DNA of 64,000 bases, from IMG/VR virus record IMGVR_UViG_3300044825_002608, positions 1-64,000 of that record, one strand, 5' to 3'. The notes below the pieces were generated by a model. That model made no database searches. It was not told the origin of the DNA and saw only the letters and a list, made by a program, of their open reading frames with translations. Source of the DNA: a virus. This document shows positions 21,284-30,056 of this stretch, piece by piece. The position numbers and the translations under genes were made by a program. Each line of letters begins with the position of its first letter. The first letter of the stretch is position 1.

Positions 21284-22666
21284 ATGAAGTCTTTTAGTCA
21301 ATTTTTGCAGGAATCATATTTAAGTGAGGAAGAGGCAGAACAACTCAGATTGTTAAAGAGAGATAATAAAACAGCATATAATCTTAGAAAAAATGTTGGA
21401 AATAGAGGTATTGCAGCAGATCCTACTCCAACACCAGCATCTAGAAGATTTTCTGCTGCTGCTCCAGAAGCACCAAAAGAATCTCCTGGTCAACAAGTAA
21501 TTAGACAAACTCCAAAACCACCGACTACAAAAGCACTTATTCCAGGTAAAGAAGGTGGTCCTTTAGCAGGTCGTGAAACTAATCCACAGGCACCTCCAGA
21601 ATCTATGATGAAAGGAGCATATGATGCTGCAAATAAACCTACAACGACTGCCAAACCTTCTTCTGCTAAAACTTCTGCAACTCCTAAACCTAGAACTACA
21701 GCATATCGTAATGCGGGTTTGGGTCGTGAAACTGTAAAGATACCTACTTCACCAGCATCAACTAGTAGTAGTGCTAGAAGAGAATTTACTCCAGAACGTG
21801 AAGCAGAAATTCGCCGTGAAAGAGCGGCAGCAAAAAAAGCAAGAGAAGCAGCATATGATGCCAAACAGTCTCCAGGCAAACTAGCAACAAGATCATCATC
21901 TTCTTTATCTACTCAAGCAAAACCATCTTCTTCTGCAATTGTACCTGCAGGAAAACAACCTTCCGGTCCAAAGGTAAGAGGTGGTTTTGGCAGACTTGCT
22001 GGACCAGGATTTGCAGCATTGGATACTGCATTGTCTGCTGCAGATGAAAGAGCAAAAGGATCTGGTTGGGCAAGATCATTAGCAAAGGGTGCCACAGTTG
22101 CTGCTGGAGGTGCTTTGGGAGGTACTTTAGGTGCAATTGGTGGTGGAGGTTTAGGTAGTGCTGCTTTAGGTCTTGCAGGTGCTTCAGCAGGAGGTGCGGC
22201 AGCAGGAAAAGCATTTGATGTTGCTGCAGGTGCTAACGCAAGAGAAAGAAAAGCAATGGCAACTGCAAATCGTCAGCGTCAAGCAGGAACCGCTGTTAAA
22301 GGTATTGGTGGACAAACTACATTCAGTCAGAAAAAACCAGGTGGTCCAGCATTCATGTCAACTGGTGTTGGTAAGCAAAGAAAAACTGTTGAACTTGCTA
22401 AAACTGGTGTAGTTCAAAGAGGTGGTCAATCAACTGCAGGACACCTTGCATTTAAGGGTGGAAAGGCAGTTTATAAGGCAGGTCCAAGTGCTCAATCACT
22501 TGCTAAAACTTCTTCTAATCCACTAGAAAGAATCGGTAGATCATTGTTTGCTGGTGCTTATAAAAAGCATGATGCAATGAAAGCACAACAAGCACTTCAA
22601 AAAGCAAGAGCATCAGATGCTGCCCGTAATAAAAAACTTGGAGTAAAAGCAAAACCAGCAGGTTGA
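21284..22666 (+). CDS. basic Ala/Gly-rich protein, putative internal virion protein
   Basis: N-terminus MKSFSQFLQES; TATAAATA at 21256-21263; glycine-zipper-like segment. Confidence 0.65.
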   Translation: MKSFSQFLQESYLSEEEAEQLRLLKRDNKTAYNLRKNVGNRGIAADPTPTPASRRFSAAAPEAPKESPGQQVIRQTPKPPTTKALIPGKEGGPLAGRETNPQAPPESMMKGAYDAANKPTTTAKPSSAKTSATPKPRTTAYRNAGLGRETVKIPTSPASTSSSARREFTPEREAEIRRERAAAKKAREAAYDAKQSPGKLATRSSSSLSTQAKPSSSAIVPAGKQPSGPKVRGGFGRLAGPGFAALDTALSAADERAKGSGWARSLAKGATVAAGGALGGTLGAIGGGGLGSAALGLAGASAGGAAAGKAFDVAAGANARERKAMATANRQRQAGTAVKGIGGQTTFSQKKPGGPAFMSTGVGKQRKTVELAKTGVVQRGGQSTAGHLAFKGGKAVYKAGPSAQSLAKTSSNPLERIGRSLFAGAYKKHDAMKAQQALQKARASDAARNKKLGVKAKPAG

Positions 22667-22708
22667 TTTTTATAAATACCTTTATATAAAGGTATTAAAA
22701 TCATAACA

Positions 22709-24298
22709 ATGTCTAGAATTTCTCAGCATTTTATTAATAATATTGGATATTTGTATGAAGAAATTAATATTCAGAATAATGATTTTCTGAATGAAGAATC
22801 TCAATATTATGATGTGGAATCGGCAGAAATAGTAGAAGATATTTTTTCTACTATTTCTGCATCGATGGTTTGTGAAGGATATAGTGCAGAAGGCATTATT
22901 GGATTTCTTGCTGATTCATCAGAAGAAGATATTATTGAAAAGTATTTAAATTTTGATGAAAGTATTCTTACAGAAAGTGTAGTATCAGAAGATTATATTT
23001 TAGAACAATTAGAAATCTTTGATGATGCAATTAATGAAGGATTAGGTTCATTGATTGGAAAAGCTGCTCAGGGTGCTTTCCGTCTTGCTGGAAAAGTGGC
23101 ATCAAAATCTGCTAGAGCGAAAGTTGCTAAAAAAATTATGTCCAGTAAAAATCCAGAGAGATTAACTGGAAGTGCTAGTAGAGTTAGTGCTGGAGGAAAA
23201 AAACTAGATCCTACTGGAGCGGTTGAAAGATTAGCAAGAATGAAATTAAATAAGGCAGGAATGCCTTCCGATATGACAAAAAAGGTTTTAGATAATTCAC
23301 CAAATATTGGAACTAAAACTAGTCTTGCAGCGTTTGCTCCAACAATGGGTAAGGTTGTTAAAGGTGTTCAAAAGGTAAAAGATATTGCAAAAGGTGCAAA
23401 AAAAGCACTTCCTACAGTTGCTAAAGGTGCTGCAACACTTGGTTTAGGTGCTCTTGGTGGTGCTGGTTATGTTGCTTTAAGAGGATCTAAAGAAGATTCA
23501 AAACCAACTTCATCAACTAAATCAGCACCTTCAAGTTCAAAAGATGATTTCTTAAAAGGAAGTGCTCTCGCAAAACTTGGTGGTAAAGAAGGTAGAATTA
23601 AAGATGGTGAATTTAGAACTATGGCATGGTCTCCAGAATCTAAGAAGAGATATGCTGCAGCAACTAAAGGATCTGCAAAATCAACACCTTCTTCAACGGC
23701 AGCAAGATCATCTGGAGGATCTTCTACAGCACCAGCATCAAAACCATCTTCTAAACCTGCATCTGAAACCAAACCACTAACTGCAGATGAAAAGATGAAG
23801 CAATGGGCAAAAGCAAATCCAAAACTCGCTGCTAGAGTAAAACCAGGAGAGTCTGGTTATGAAGCGATTTCTCAAGTAAGAGAAAAACCAAGTTCATATG
23901 AAAAGCAAGATCAAACTCCAACTCAAGGTCCAAAAACAACTCCTGAGCAAGAGAAGGAACTTTCTCGACAAGCAGCACAGGCTGCAAAAGAATATCAGGA
24001 TAAAGTTAAGAAGGAAAAATCTACAACTGCAAAGGAATCATACGAACCTTACAACATCATTCTGGAATATTTAATGGGACGTGGACATGCAGATACCGTT
24101 GATGAGGCACACTATATTATGTTAGAGATGAACGAATCTTCTGTTGCATCAATCATGGAAGAGTATAATGATTATCTTCTTGCAGAAGAGGTTTCTGAGT
24201 GGGTTGATGAATTGTTAGAGGAAGGTTATGATCTTTCTGATTATACGTGGGACGACATTGTTGAATATTATGTAAATGAAGGAAAAAAGACTTGTTAA
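22709..24298 (+). CDS. low-complexity protein, putative internal virion protein
   Basis: Acidic termini including EEGYDLSDYTWDDI, basic core; TATAAATA at 22671-22678. Confidence 0.65.
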   Translation: MSRISQHFINNIGYLYEEINIQNNDFLNEESQYYDVESAEIVEDIFSTISASMVCEGYSAEGIIGFLADSSEEDIIEKYLNFDESILTESVVSEDYILEQLEIFDDAINEGLGSLIGKAAQGAFRLAGKVASKSARAKVAKKIMSSKNPERLTGSASRVSAGGKKLDPTGAVERLARMKLNKAGMPSDMTKKVLDNSPNIGTKTSLAAFAPTMGKVVKGVQKVKDIAKGAKKALPTVAKGAATLGLGALGGAGYVALRGSKEDSKPTSSTKSAPSSSKDDFLKGSALAKLGGKEGRIKDGEFRTMAWSPESKKRYAAATKGSAKSTPSSTAARSSGGSSTAPASKPSSKPASETKPLTADEKMKQWAKANPKLAARVKPGESGYEAISQVREKPSSYEKQDQTPTQGPKTTPEQEKELSRQAAQAAKEYQDKVKKEKSTTAKESYEPYNIILEYLMGRGHADTVDEAHYIMLEMNESSVASIMEEYNDYLLAEEVSEWVDELLEEGYDLSDYTWDDIVEYYVNEGKKTC

Positions 24299-24401
24299 TA
24301 TTATAACATAATATCTAAGGGGTTGACAAGACCCCTTTTTTATTGCTAGACTAGGTTTGTCTCCATTGAAGATAAATAATAGCTCTTTAAGATTATTAAT
24401 A

Positions 24402-24842
24402 ATGAGCTATGAGAATCCTTGGAGATATAATGGACAGACTTTTGAGTCTGATGATATTCAGGATCACTTTGGTTTTGTATACCTTATATCTTGTAGTGAA
24501 AATAATAGGAAATACATTGGTAGGAAGTTTTTTTGGTCTTTTAGAACTCCTCCAGGTAAAAAGAGAAGAGTAAAGCAAGAATCAGATTGGAAAAAATATT
24601 ATGGTTCTTGTCCTGAATTAAAAGAAGATATTAAAAAATACGGTAAAGAGTTTTTCAATAGAGAAATATTAAGTCTTCATAAAACAAAAGGTGAATGTAA
24701 TTATGAAGAAACTAAGCAACTTTTTCTAAATAATGTACTGAAAGAATCACTTGACGATGGGAGTCCAGCGTACTACAATAGTAATATACTCGGACGCTAC
24801 ATGCGAAAAGACTATGGAAACTTTGGAACAAACCCTACGTGA
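24402..24842 (+). CDS. GIY-YIG endonuclease
   Basis: GFVYLI...KYIGRKFF...WKKYYGS...YYNSNI. Confidence 0.8.
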   Translation: MSYENPWRYNGQTFESDDIQDHFGFVYLISCSENNRKYIGRKFFWSFRTPPGKKRRVKQESDWKKYYGSCPELKEDIKKYGKEFFNREILSLHKTKGECNYEETKQLFLNNVLKESLDDGSPAYYNSNILGRYMRKDYGNFGTNPT

Positions 24843-25002
24843 GTCGCACGACTGGGCAGTGGATCGCATTCATTTTCTTTGCGATAAAAATGAAGAGCAT
24901 CAATATCAAAATGCGTATGCGATTCATAAAGAATTTGAAGAATGGTTAAACCCTGATATTCAAGAGCATGATATTTTTTCACTAGAATACATCGGAGATT
25001 AA
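24814..25002 (+). CDS. hypothetical protein
   Basis: METLEQTLRESHDWAVDRIHFL..., overlapping the nuclease 3' end. Confidence 0.6.
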   Translation: METLEQTLRESHDWAVDRIHFLCDKNEEHQYQNAYAIHKEFEEWLNPDIQEHDIFSLEYIGD

Positions 25003-25003
25003 C

Positions 25004-25693
25004 ATGAAGGTAGATTTACACAATTTTTTTAAGTTTTATGATGAAAAAAATCCAAAGCATGTTGCTGCAGTAGAGCAACTTGAAAAGGATCTAGCAGAAT
25101 CGCCATTAATTGACGATACTGCTAATTGGATAAGAATTTATAGAACACAACCAGAAAAACCAAAGTCTTCAATTCTTGAAGTTCCTTTTTACCCACAAAC
25201 TGACAATTACAGGGATGCTAATCGTACATGTAATAGTTCTGCTTGTGCAATGTGTCTTGAATATTTCAAACCAGGCACACTAAAAGGAGTTAAAGGCGAT
25301 GATGCCTACATTCAAAAAGTATTTGCAATTGGTGACACTACAGATCACGCGGTTCAAACCCGTGTTCTTGAGTCTTATGGAATTAAGTCACGCTTTAGTT
25401 ACAATCTTACTTTTGCTGATCTTGATCGAGAACTATCTAACGGCAGACCTATTGTTATTGGTATCTTACATAGGGGTTCTTTATCTGCACCTACTGGTGG
25501 GCACATGGTTGTAGTGATTGGTAAGACTCCAGATGGGGATTATGTAGTAAATGACCCATATGGTTCATTAAATGACAGATATACTGGACCTGTAACCAAT
25601 GGTAAAGGTGCTGTATATAAGAGAATTGATCTTAGTCGTAGATGGTGTCCCGCTGGTAACGATGGGTGGGGAAGAATTTTTGATGTAAAATAA
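25004..25693 (+). CDS. peptidase C39-like protein
   Basis: Q..CNSSACAM (Cys), GGHMVVVIG (His), VNDPYG (Asp). Confidence 0.8.
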   Translation: MKVDLHNFFKFYDEKNPKHVAAVEQLEKDLAESPLIDDTANWIRIYRTQPEKPKSSILEVPFYPQTDNYRDANRTCNSSACAMCLEYFKPGTLKGVKGDDAYIQKVFAIGDTTDHAVQTRVLESYGIKSRFSYNLTFADLDRELSNGRPIVIGILHRGSLSAPTGGHMVVVIGKTPDGDYVVNDPYGSLNDRYTGPVTNGKGAVYKRIDLSRRWCPAGNDGWGRIFDVK

Positions 25694-25702
25694 TTGAAGA
25701 TC

Positions 25703-26047
25703 TTATTTTATCGTATAAGGTTTAGCAATACCTTCATTCAACATTTTTTCATTTATTGAAATTGATTCTCCTACAGAGTAAATAGTTCCAAGTATTCTTC
25801 CATACTTGTCTTCTTTATTTGTTTCAATTATCCACTCTTTTTTGTGGGATAGTTCTTTTTTCAACCATTCTTTTGCTTCAAGACCTTTTGATTTTTCTTC
25901 AATATTTAAGGTTTTTGTTTCTGGAGTATTGATACCTTTTAGACGAACTTTTTGGGATAATGTAAGACCAAATCCTAAATCTATATCCAAATCAACAGTG
26001 TCACCATCAATGATTCTGTTGATTTTTTTTATCTTGTATTGATACAT
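25703..26047 (-). CDS. thermonuclease (SNase)-family protein
   Basis: IIDGDTVD...VRLKGINTPE...DKYGRILG. Confidence 0.85.
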   Translation of the reverse strand: MYQYKIKKINRIIDGDTVDLDIDLGFGLTLSQKVRLKGINTPETKTLNIEEKSKGLEAKEWLKKELSHKKEWIIETNKEDKYGRILGTIYSVGESISINEKMLNEGIAKPYTIK

Positions 26048-26145
26048 CTCTCATTTCTTCGTAGGATAATTTAAATATATGGTAAATCACATAAAGAACT
26101 CCTATGAGTCCTATTCCAAGTAATATATTTACGCTCCAAATAGTA

Positions 26146-26340
26146 TTAGTCATTTTTTTCTTGATGGTGTATCCAAGTCTTTAAATCTTTTACATACTGC
26201 CTTAGAATTTCTGCTTGATGTAGATGCCAAACATCCTTAGTGTCTAGATGTAATTCAATGTGCTTATCGATTGCATCTAGACACTTTTTGATTACAGGAT
26301 TCCAAGGTTCTCTAATTGGAGTGTTCCATTCTCTTGGCAT
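26146..26340 (-). CDS. hypothetical protein
   Basis: 64-aa ORF MPREWNTPIREPWN in a short minus-strand operon. Confidence 0.65.
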   Translation of the reverse strand: MPREWNTPIREPWNPVIKKCLDAIDKHIELHLDTKDVWHLHQAEILRQYVKDLKTWIHHQEKND

Positions 26341-26343
26341 ACA

Positions 26344-26445
26344 TTATTTCTTTTTACCACCATTTTTTGCTTTTTTCGCAGTCGCATTACCTTGATTTTG
26401 TTTTGAAGGTCCTTTTTTACCCTTCTTGTTAGGCGACTTGGACAT
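26344..26445 (-). CDS. very basic 33-aa peptide
   Basis: MSKSPNKKGKKGPSKQNQGNATAKKAKNGGKKK read by eye on the minus strand; heads the minus-strand operon. Confidence 0.5.
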   Translation of the reverse strand: MSKSPNKKGKKGPSKQNQGNATAKKAKNGGKKK

Positions 26446-26500
26446 TTTTAGTTACGGTTATTACACAATATTTAGGTGGACTCTTCAAAAATTGGCACAC

Positions 26501-26529
26501 TTGACAAAACCTAAATAAAAACTTATTAT
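26501..26529 (+). promoter_or_regulatory. sigma70-like promoter with embedded late-type CTAAATA
   Basis: TTGACA-17bp-TATTAT. Confidence 0.6.
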
Positions 26530-26656
26530 GTAAAATCCCTGTTATGAGCAGGGTATTCGTCATGAGTCCTTGAGTTTGATTTAGAGCCGTGGGCACTGCC
26601 CCTGAGAAGGGGAACCTCTCCTTTGCCTATACGGATGTAGAGTTCTATTAATTTTA

Positions 26657-27019
26657 ATGCTTAAAGCAATTTCTTCAATTATTGTCTTTGGTCTAGTCGG
26701 TTTGGCACCCGTAACAGCAAAGGCAGCAAGTGGATGCTCACTTGCATCTCATTATGGCATTGGTGATGGGTATCATGGGCAGATAACTGCCAATGGCGAA
26801 AGATTTAACGCTTATGGAAAATCAGTAGCACATCGCTACCTACCGTTTGGAACAAGACTAAGAGTAACGAATAGATCTAATGGTAGGTCAGTCATTGTGC
26901 GTGTAAATGATCGTGGTCCGTTTGTAGGTGACAGAGACCTTGACCTATCATATGGTGCATTCTCGTCTATTGCTCACCCAGGGCAAGGTGTAGCTAAAAT
27001 CTGTTACACTACTATTTAA
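26657..27019 (+). CDS. RlpA-like lytic transglycosylase (DPBB domain) with signal peptide
   Basis: ASHYG...TANGERFN...AHRYLPFGT...VRVNDRGPF...DLSYGAF. Confidence 0.9.
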   Translation: MLKAISSIIVFGLVGLAPVTAKAASGCSLASHYGIGDGYHGQITANGERFNAYGKSVAHRYLPFGTRLRVTNRSNGRSVIVRVNDRGPFVGDRDLDLSYGAFSSIAHPGQGVAKICYTTI

Positions 27020-27059
27020 ATTGTAATAAATATCGGGGAGTGCTGCAGAACTCCCCTTT

Positions 27060-27473
27060 ATGTTTAATTTTGGAAACAAAAAACATAATATAAAGTACTA
27101 TGCGATTGTAGCAATTGTACTAACTTCTATTATTGCAACACTTTCTCAATGCAGTGGTATTAAAGAAAATACATTATGGGATTTACTGGATGAAGTCCAG
27201 AGAAGATATTTCCCCCAAACAATCATTAATGATTTTATTATCAAGGATCCTGAAAAACTTGATAGAAGAATCAAAAGAGATGTTGATAGGGCAATTGAAA
27301 ACGTAACCCCAGAGTATGATCGTATCATCGAAGAAGCAAACAAAAAATATCAACCACGATATATGGACTTGCAAAATGATGATCGTCTGTGCTATACTAA
27401 AGAATGTAAAGCACTCTCACCCCCAATGAGAATATGTGCTGCATGGGTAGATGACTGTAAAACCGATAAATAA
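27060..27473 (+). CDS. membrane-anchored hypothetical protein
   Basis: N-terminal hydrophobic segment ending LSQC; Cys-rich C-terminus. Confidence 0.6.
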   Translation: MFNFGNKKHNIKYYAIVAIVLTSIIATLSQCSGIKENTLWDLLDEVQRRYFPQTIINDFIIKDPEKLDRRIKRDVDRAIENVTPEYDRIIEEANKKYQPRYMDLQNDDRLCYTKECKALSPPMRICAAWVDDCKTDK

Positions 27474-27496
27474 AACACTTGTTTAATTGTGAAAAA

Positions 27497-27715
27497 ATGA
27501 CAGAACAACAAAATCATCTTGCACAACTAGTTGAACAAAGAGATCGACTTTCCCAAGAACTGGAAAAACTTGGTTCTCAATCTACAAAAACTAGGGATCT
27601 TCTACTAAAAACTCAAGGAGCAATTGAGTATCTTAATGTAATTGGGGTCACTCTTCCAGAACCGGAAGTAAATTCAGAAACTGAAGAAATTTCTGAAGAA
27701 CCTGCAGAGTCTTGA
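27497..27715 (+). CDS. hypothetical coiled-coil protein
   Basis: MTEQQNHLAQLVEQR...LKTQGAIEYL. Confidence 0.6.
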   Translation: MTEQQNHLAQLVEQRDRLSQELEKLGSQSTKTRDLLLKTQGAIEYLNVIGVTLPEPEVNSETEEISEEPAES

Positions 27716-27740
27716 CAGCAGATTCCAGATACCCTATAAT
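27712..27740 (+). promoter_or_regulatory. sigma70-like promoter for the tRNA cluster
   Basis: TTGACA-17bp-TATAAT. Confidence 0.75.
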
Positions 27741-27826
27741 TGTCTCATGAGCGGCGGGGGTCCAAACCTCGCGTAAGTCTCTCACCTCCTATGCCTCTCA
27801 ACGATGCACAAATCAGGAGGTCTCTT

Positions 27827-27899
27827 GGGCACATAGCATAATGGATAATGCAACATCCTTCTAAGATGACGATTGGGGGTTCGAGTCCCTCTGTGCCTG
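27827..27899 (+). tRNA. tRNA-Arg(TCT)
   Basis: Acceptor GGGCACA/TGTGCCT; loop CTTCTAA; GGTTCGAGTCC. Confidence 0.9.
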
Positions 27900-27986
27900 C
27901 TTGGAGTTATAAACTCCATATATAAAAGTGATAGAGATTAAGTCACTGTTATATCCTTATGAGATATATTACACTTAATCCATCAT

Positions 27987-28059
27987 TCCCTTATAGCTCA
28001 ATTGGCAGAGCACGGAGCTGTTAACTCTGGGGTTCCTGGTTCGAGTCCAGGTGGGGGAG
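27987..28059 (+). tRNA. tRNA-Asn(GTT)
   Basis: Acceptor TCCCTTA/TGGGGGA; loop CTGTTAA; GGTTCGAGTCC. Confidence 0.9.
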
Positions 28060-28123
28060 TTAGAAGGTCTGGAAATGTTCGGGTCTTCTAAAACGAGTCG
28101 GGATCATCATATCCGACTCACCT

Positions 28124-28195
28124 GCCTCTGTAGCACAACGGTAGTGCATCTCACTTGTAATGAGAAGGTTGCTGGTTCAAATCCAGTCGGGGGCT
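28124..28195 (+). tRNA. tRNA-Thr(TGT)
   Basis: Acceptor GCCTCTG/CGGGGGC; anticodon arm TCTCA-CTTGTAA-TGAGA. Confidence 0.9.
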
Positions 28196-28223
28196 TGACA
28201 GAATATTAATTCTGTCTTATAAT
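28195..28223 (+). promoter_or_regulatory. sigma70-like promoter
   Basis: TTGACA-17bp-TATAAT upstream of tRNA-Gly. Confidence 0.7.
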
Positions 28224-28267
28224 CCCTTCCGTGTGAAATGTGCTGGGAGAGAAATCTCCCACCGTTT

Positions 28268-28338
28268 GCGAAATTGGTGTAGTGGTAACATCCCATCCTT
28301 CCAAGTTGGTGTCACGGGTTCGAATCCCGTATTTCGCT
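28268..28338 (+). tRNA. tRNA-Gly(TCC)
   Basis: Acceptor GCGAAAT/ATTTCGC; loop CTTCCAA; GGTTCGAATCC. Confidence 0.9.
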
Positions 28339-28394
28339 TGCTCCAAATCCTGGAGCGTCTAAATAAACTTCGTAGTTGTAATTCTTAATACAAT

Positions 28395-29276
28395 ATGACT
28401 TTTCAAAACATTATTGCTGCTGGTGTAGTTGCTGCGACTTCTATCGCTGCTCCCGCTATGGCACAAGTCACCAGTGTTACCCAACTGCGTGATGTTCAAC
28501 CTACTGAGTGGTCTTATCAGGCAATTTCTAACCTGGTTTCACGTTACGGTTGTGTTGCTGGTTTCCCCGATGGCACCTTCCGTCCCGGTGAACCTGCCAC
28601 CCGTGCTCAACTTGCTGCTCTGACAAATGCTTGTCTGGATCGCATTACTGAGTTTCAAACTGCCGCTGATGCCCAGCTTGCTGCTGCTCTTCGTGCTGAG
28701 TTTGCCAAAGAACTTGGTGCTACTAACGCCCGTGTAACTGCCCTTGAAGTTGCTGCTGCTCAAAAGGCACAAGGTGTTGGTAACTATCTGGGTGCTGGTG
28801 TCCTGCTGAATAAGCAAGGAATTGCTGGTAATGGTTATACCGAAAACCGCACTGTCGCAGGTGCTACCGTCCAAGGTCGTTATGCTGTAAAGACCTTTGG
28901 TAATCAAAATGCCGTTGCTGTTCGTCCTTATGCCAACTTTGTAGGTACTCCTGCTGGTCAGATCGGTGCTGGTGGTGGTGCTCTGGTCTCCTATGATTGG
29001 TCCATTGCTCGTAAGGTAGGCGTGAGTGCTGCTAACGTGTATGCTGGTGTTGGTTATCAGATTCCTTTTGTTAACAACACTGCTGCTAATTTCCAGTCTG
29101 CTGTCGGTGAGAAGGGTCAAGTTGTTCTTGCTCTAGGTGTTGAAGGTCGTCTGACTAACTCTCTGGTTGGTTTTGCTGATCTGAAATTCCCTACCACCAA
29201 TGCTGCTAACAGTTATGGTGCTGTTAATGGAACTTATTCACCAGTATTCACCACCGGTCTAGGATTTAAGTTCTGA
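28395..29276 (+). CDS. SLH-domain outer-membrane beta-barrel protein (cyanobacterial porin-like N-terminus)
   Basis: Signal peptide ..APAMAQ; SLH DVQPTEWSYQAI..YGCVAGFPDGTFRP..TRAQLAA; C-terminal GLGFKF. Confidence 0.85.
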   Translation: MTFQNIIAAGVVAATSIAAPAMAQVTSVTQLRDVQPTEWSYQAISNLVSRYGCVAGFPDGTFRPGEPATRAQLAALTNACLDRITEFQTAADAQLAAALRAEFAKELGATNARVTALEVAAAQKAQGVGNYLGAGVLLNKQGIAGNGYTENRTVAGATVQGRYAVKTFGNQNAVAVRPYANFVGTPAGQIGAGGGALVSYDWSIARKVGVSAANVYAGVGYQIPFVNNTAANFQSAVGEKGQVVLALGVEGRLTNSLVGFADLKFPTTNAANSYGAVNGTYSPVFTTGLGFKF

Positions 29277-29343
29277 TCAACCACTCACGAGTTGAGTGAA
29301 ACCACCCCTTTTGGGGGTGGTTTTTAAATTTATAGGGTTTTCT

Positions 29344-29508
29344 AATGAAAATTAATCTCTGGTATTGTAATAGCATGAAACAGTGGCGTTGGACTCTAAC
29401 GGATGACCATCGCCCAATTATAAAACAAGAATCTGGTCAAAGAGAAGATCTTCGCTCTGCTATGAATGATATAGCAAATACAGTTGAATATCTATTAAGT
29501 CATTCTTG
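29344..29508 (+). CDS. small hypothetical protein
   Basis: 54-aa ORF MKINLWYCNSMKQWRWTLTD... read by eye. Confidence 0.55.
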
Positions 29509-29515
29509 ACTTTTG

Positions 29516-29539
29516 GGGCGATTAACTCAGCGGTAGAGT
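29516..29539 (+). pseudogene. 5' remnant of a tRNA (acceptor 5' strand plus D-arm)
   Basis: GGGCGAT-TA-ACTC-AGCGGTA-GAGT then abrupt loss of tRNA structure before the HNH gene. Confidence 0.7.
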
Positions 29540-29572
29540 ATCTTATAAATAATAAAGTATTCTACTAAACTG

Positions 29573-30004
29573 ATGAAACAAACCACCACTTGCTTAAATT
29601 GTTCTACAACATTTACTTACAATCCTTATCATAAAAGAGGTAAGTATTGTAATAATAAATGCCAACAAGAACATGTAAGAAATCAGTATATTACTGAATG
29701 GAAACAAGGTTTAGTTTCAGGTGGTTCTTCTTACAATTTATCGCAATATGTAAGAAACTATCTTTTGGAAGAAGCACAAAATAAGTGCTCTAAATGTGGT
29801 TGGTTTGGAACTAATATTCATACTGGTAAAGTTCCATTAGAAATCGACCATATTGATGATGACCCATTTAATCATTCACCAAGCAATTTACAGGTTCTCT
29901 GTCCAAATTGCCACTCTCTTAAAACTCAACCTCCAAGCAAGAGTAAAGGTGGAAGATATAAAAACGGTGGACATCCTAAACACGGGAGCATAGCTCAGCG
30001 GTAG
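29573..30004 (+). CDS. HNH homing endonuclease
   Basis: CSKCG...LEIDHIDDD..N....NLQVLCPNCH; TATAAATA at 29544-29551. Confidence 0.88.
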   Translation: MKQTTTCLNCSTTFTYNPYHKRGKYCNNKCQQEHVRNQYITEWKQGLVSGGSSYNLSQYVRNYLLEEAQNKCSKCGWFGTNIHTGKVPLEIDHIDDDPFNHSPSNLQVLCPNCHSLKTQPPSKSKGGRYKNGGHPKHGSIAQR

Positions 30005-30056
30005 TAGCGTCTGCTTTACACGCAGAATGTCGGGGGTTCGAATCCCTCTGCTCCCA
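29984..30056 (+). tRNA. tRNA-Val(TAC)
   Basis: Acceptor GGGAGCA/TGCTCCC; arm TCTGC-TTTACAC-GCAGA; overlaps the HNH 3' end. Confidence 0.9.
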
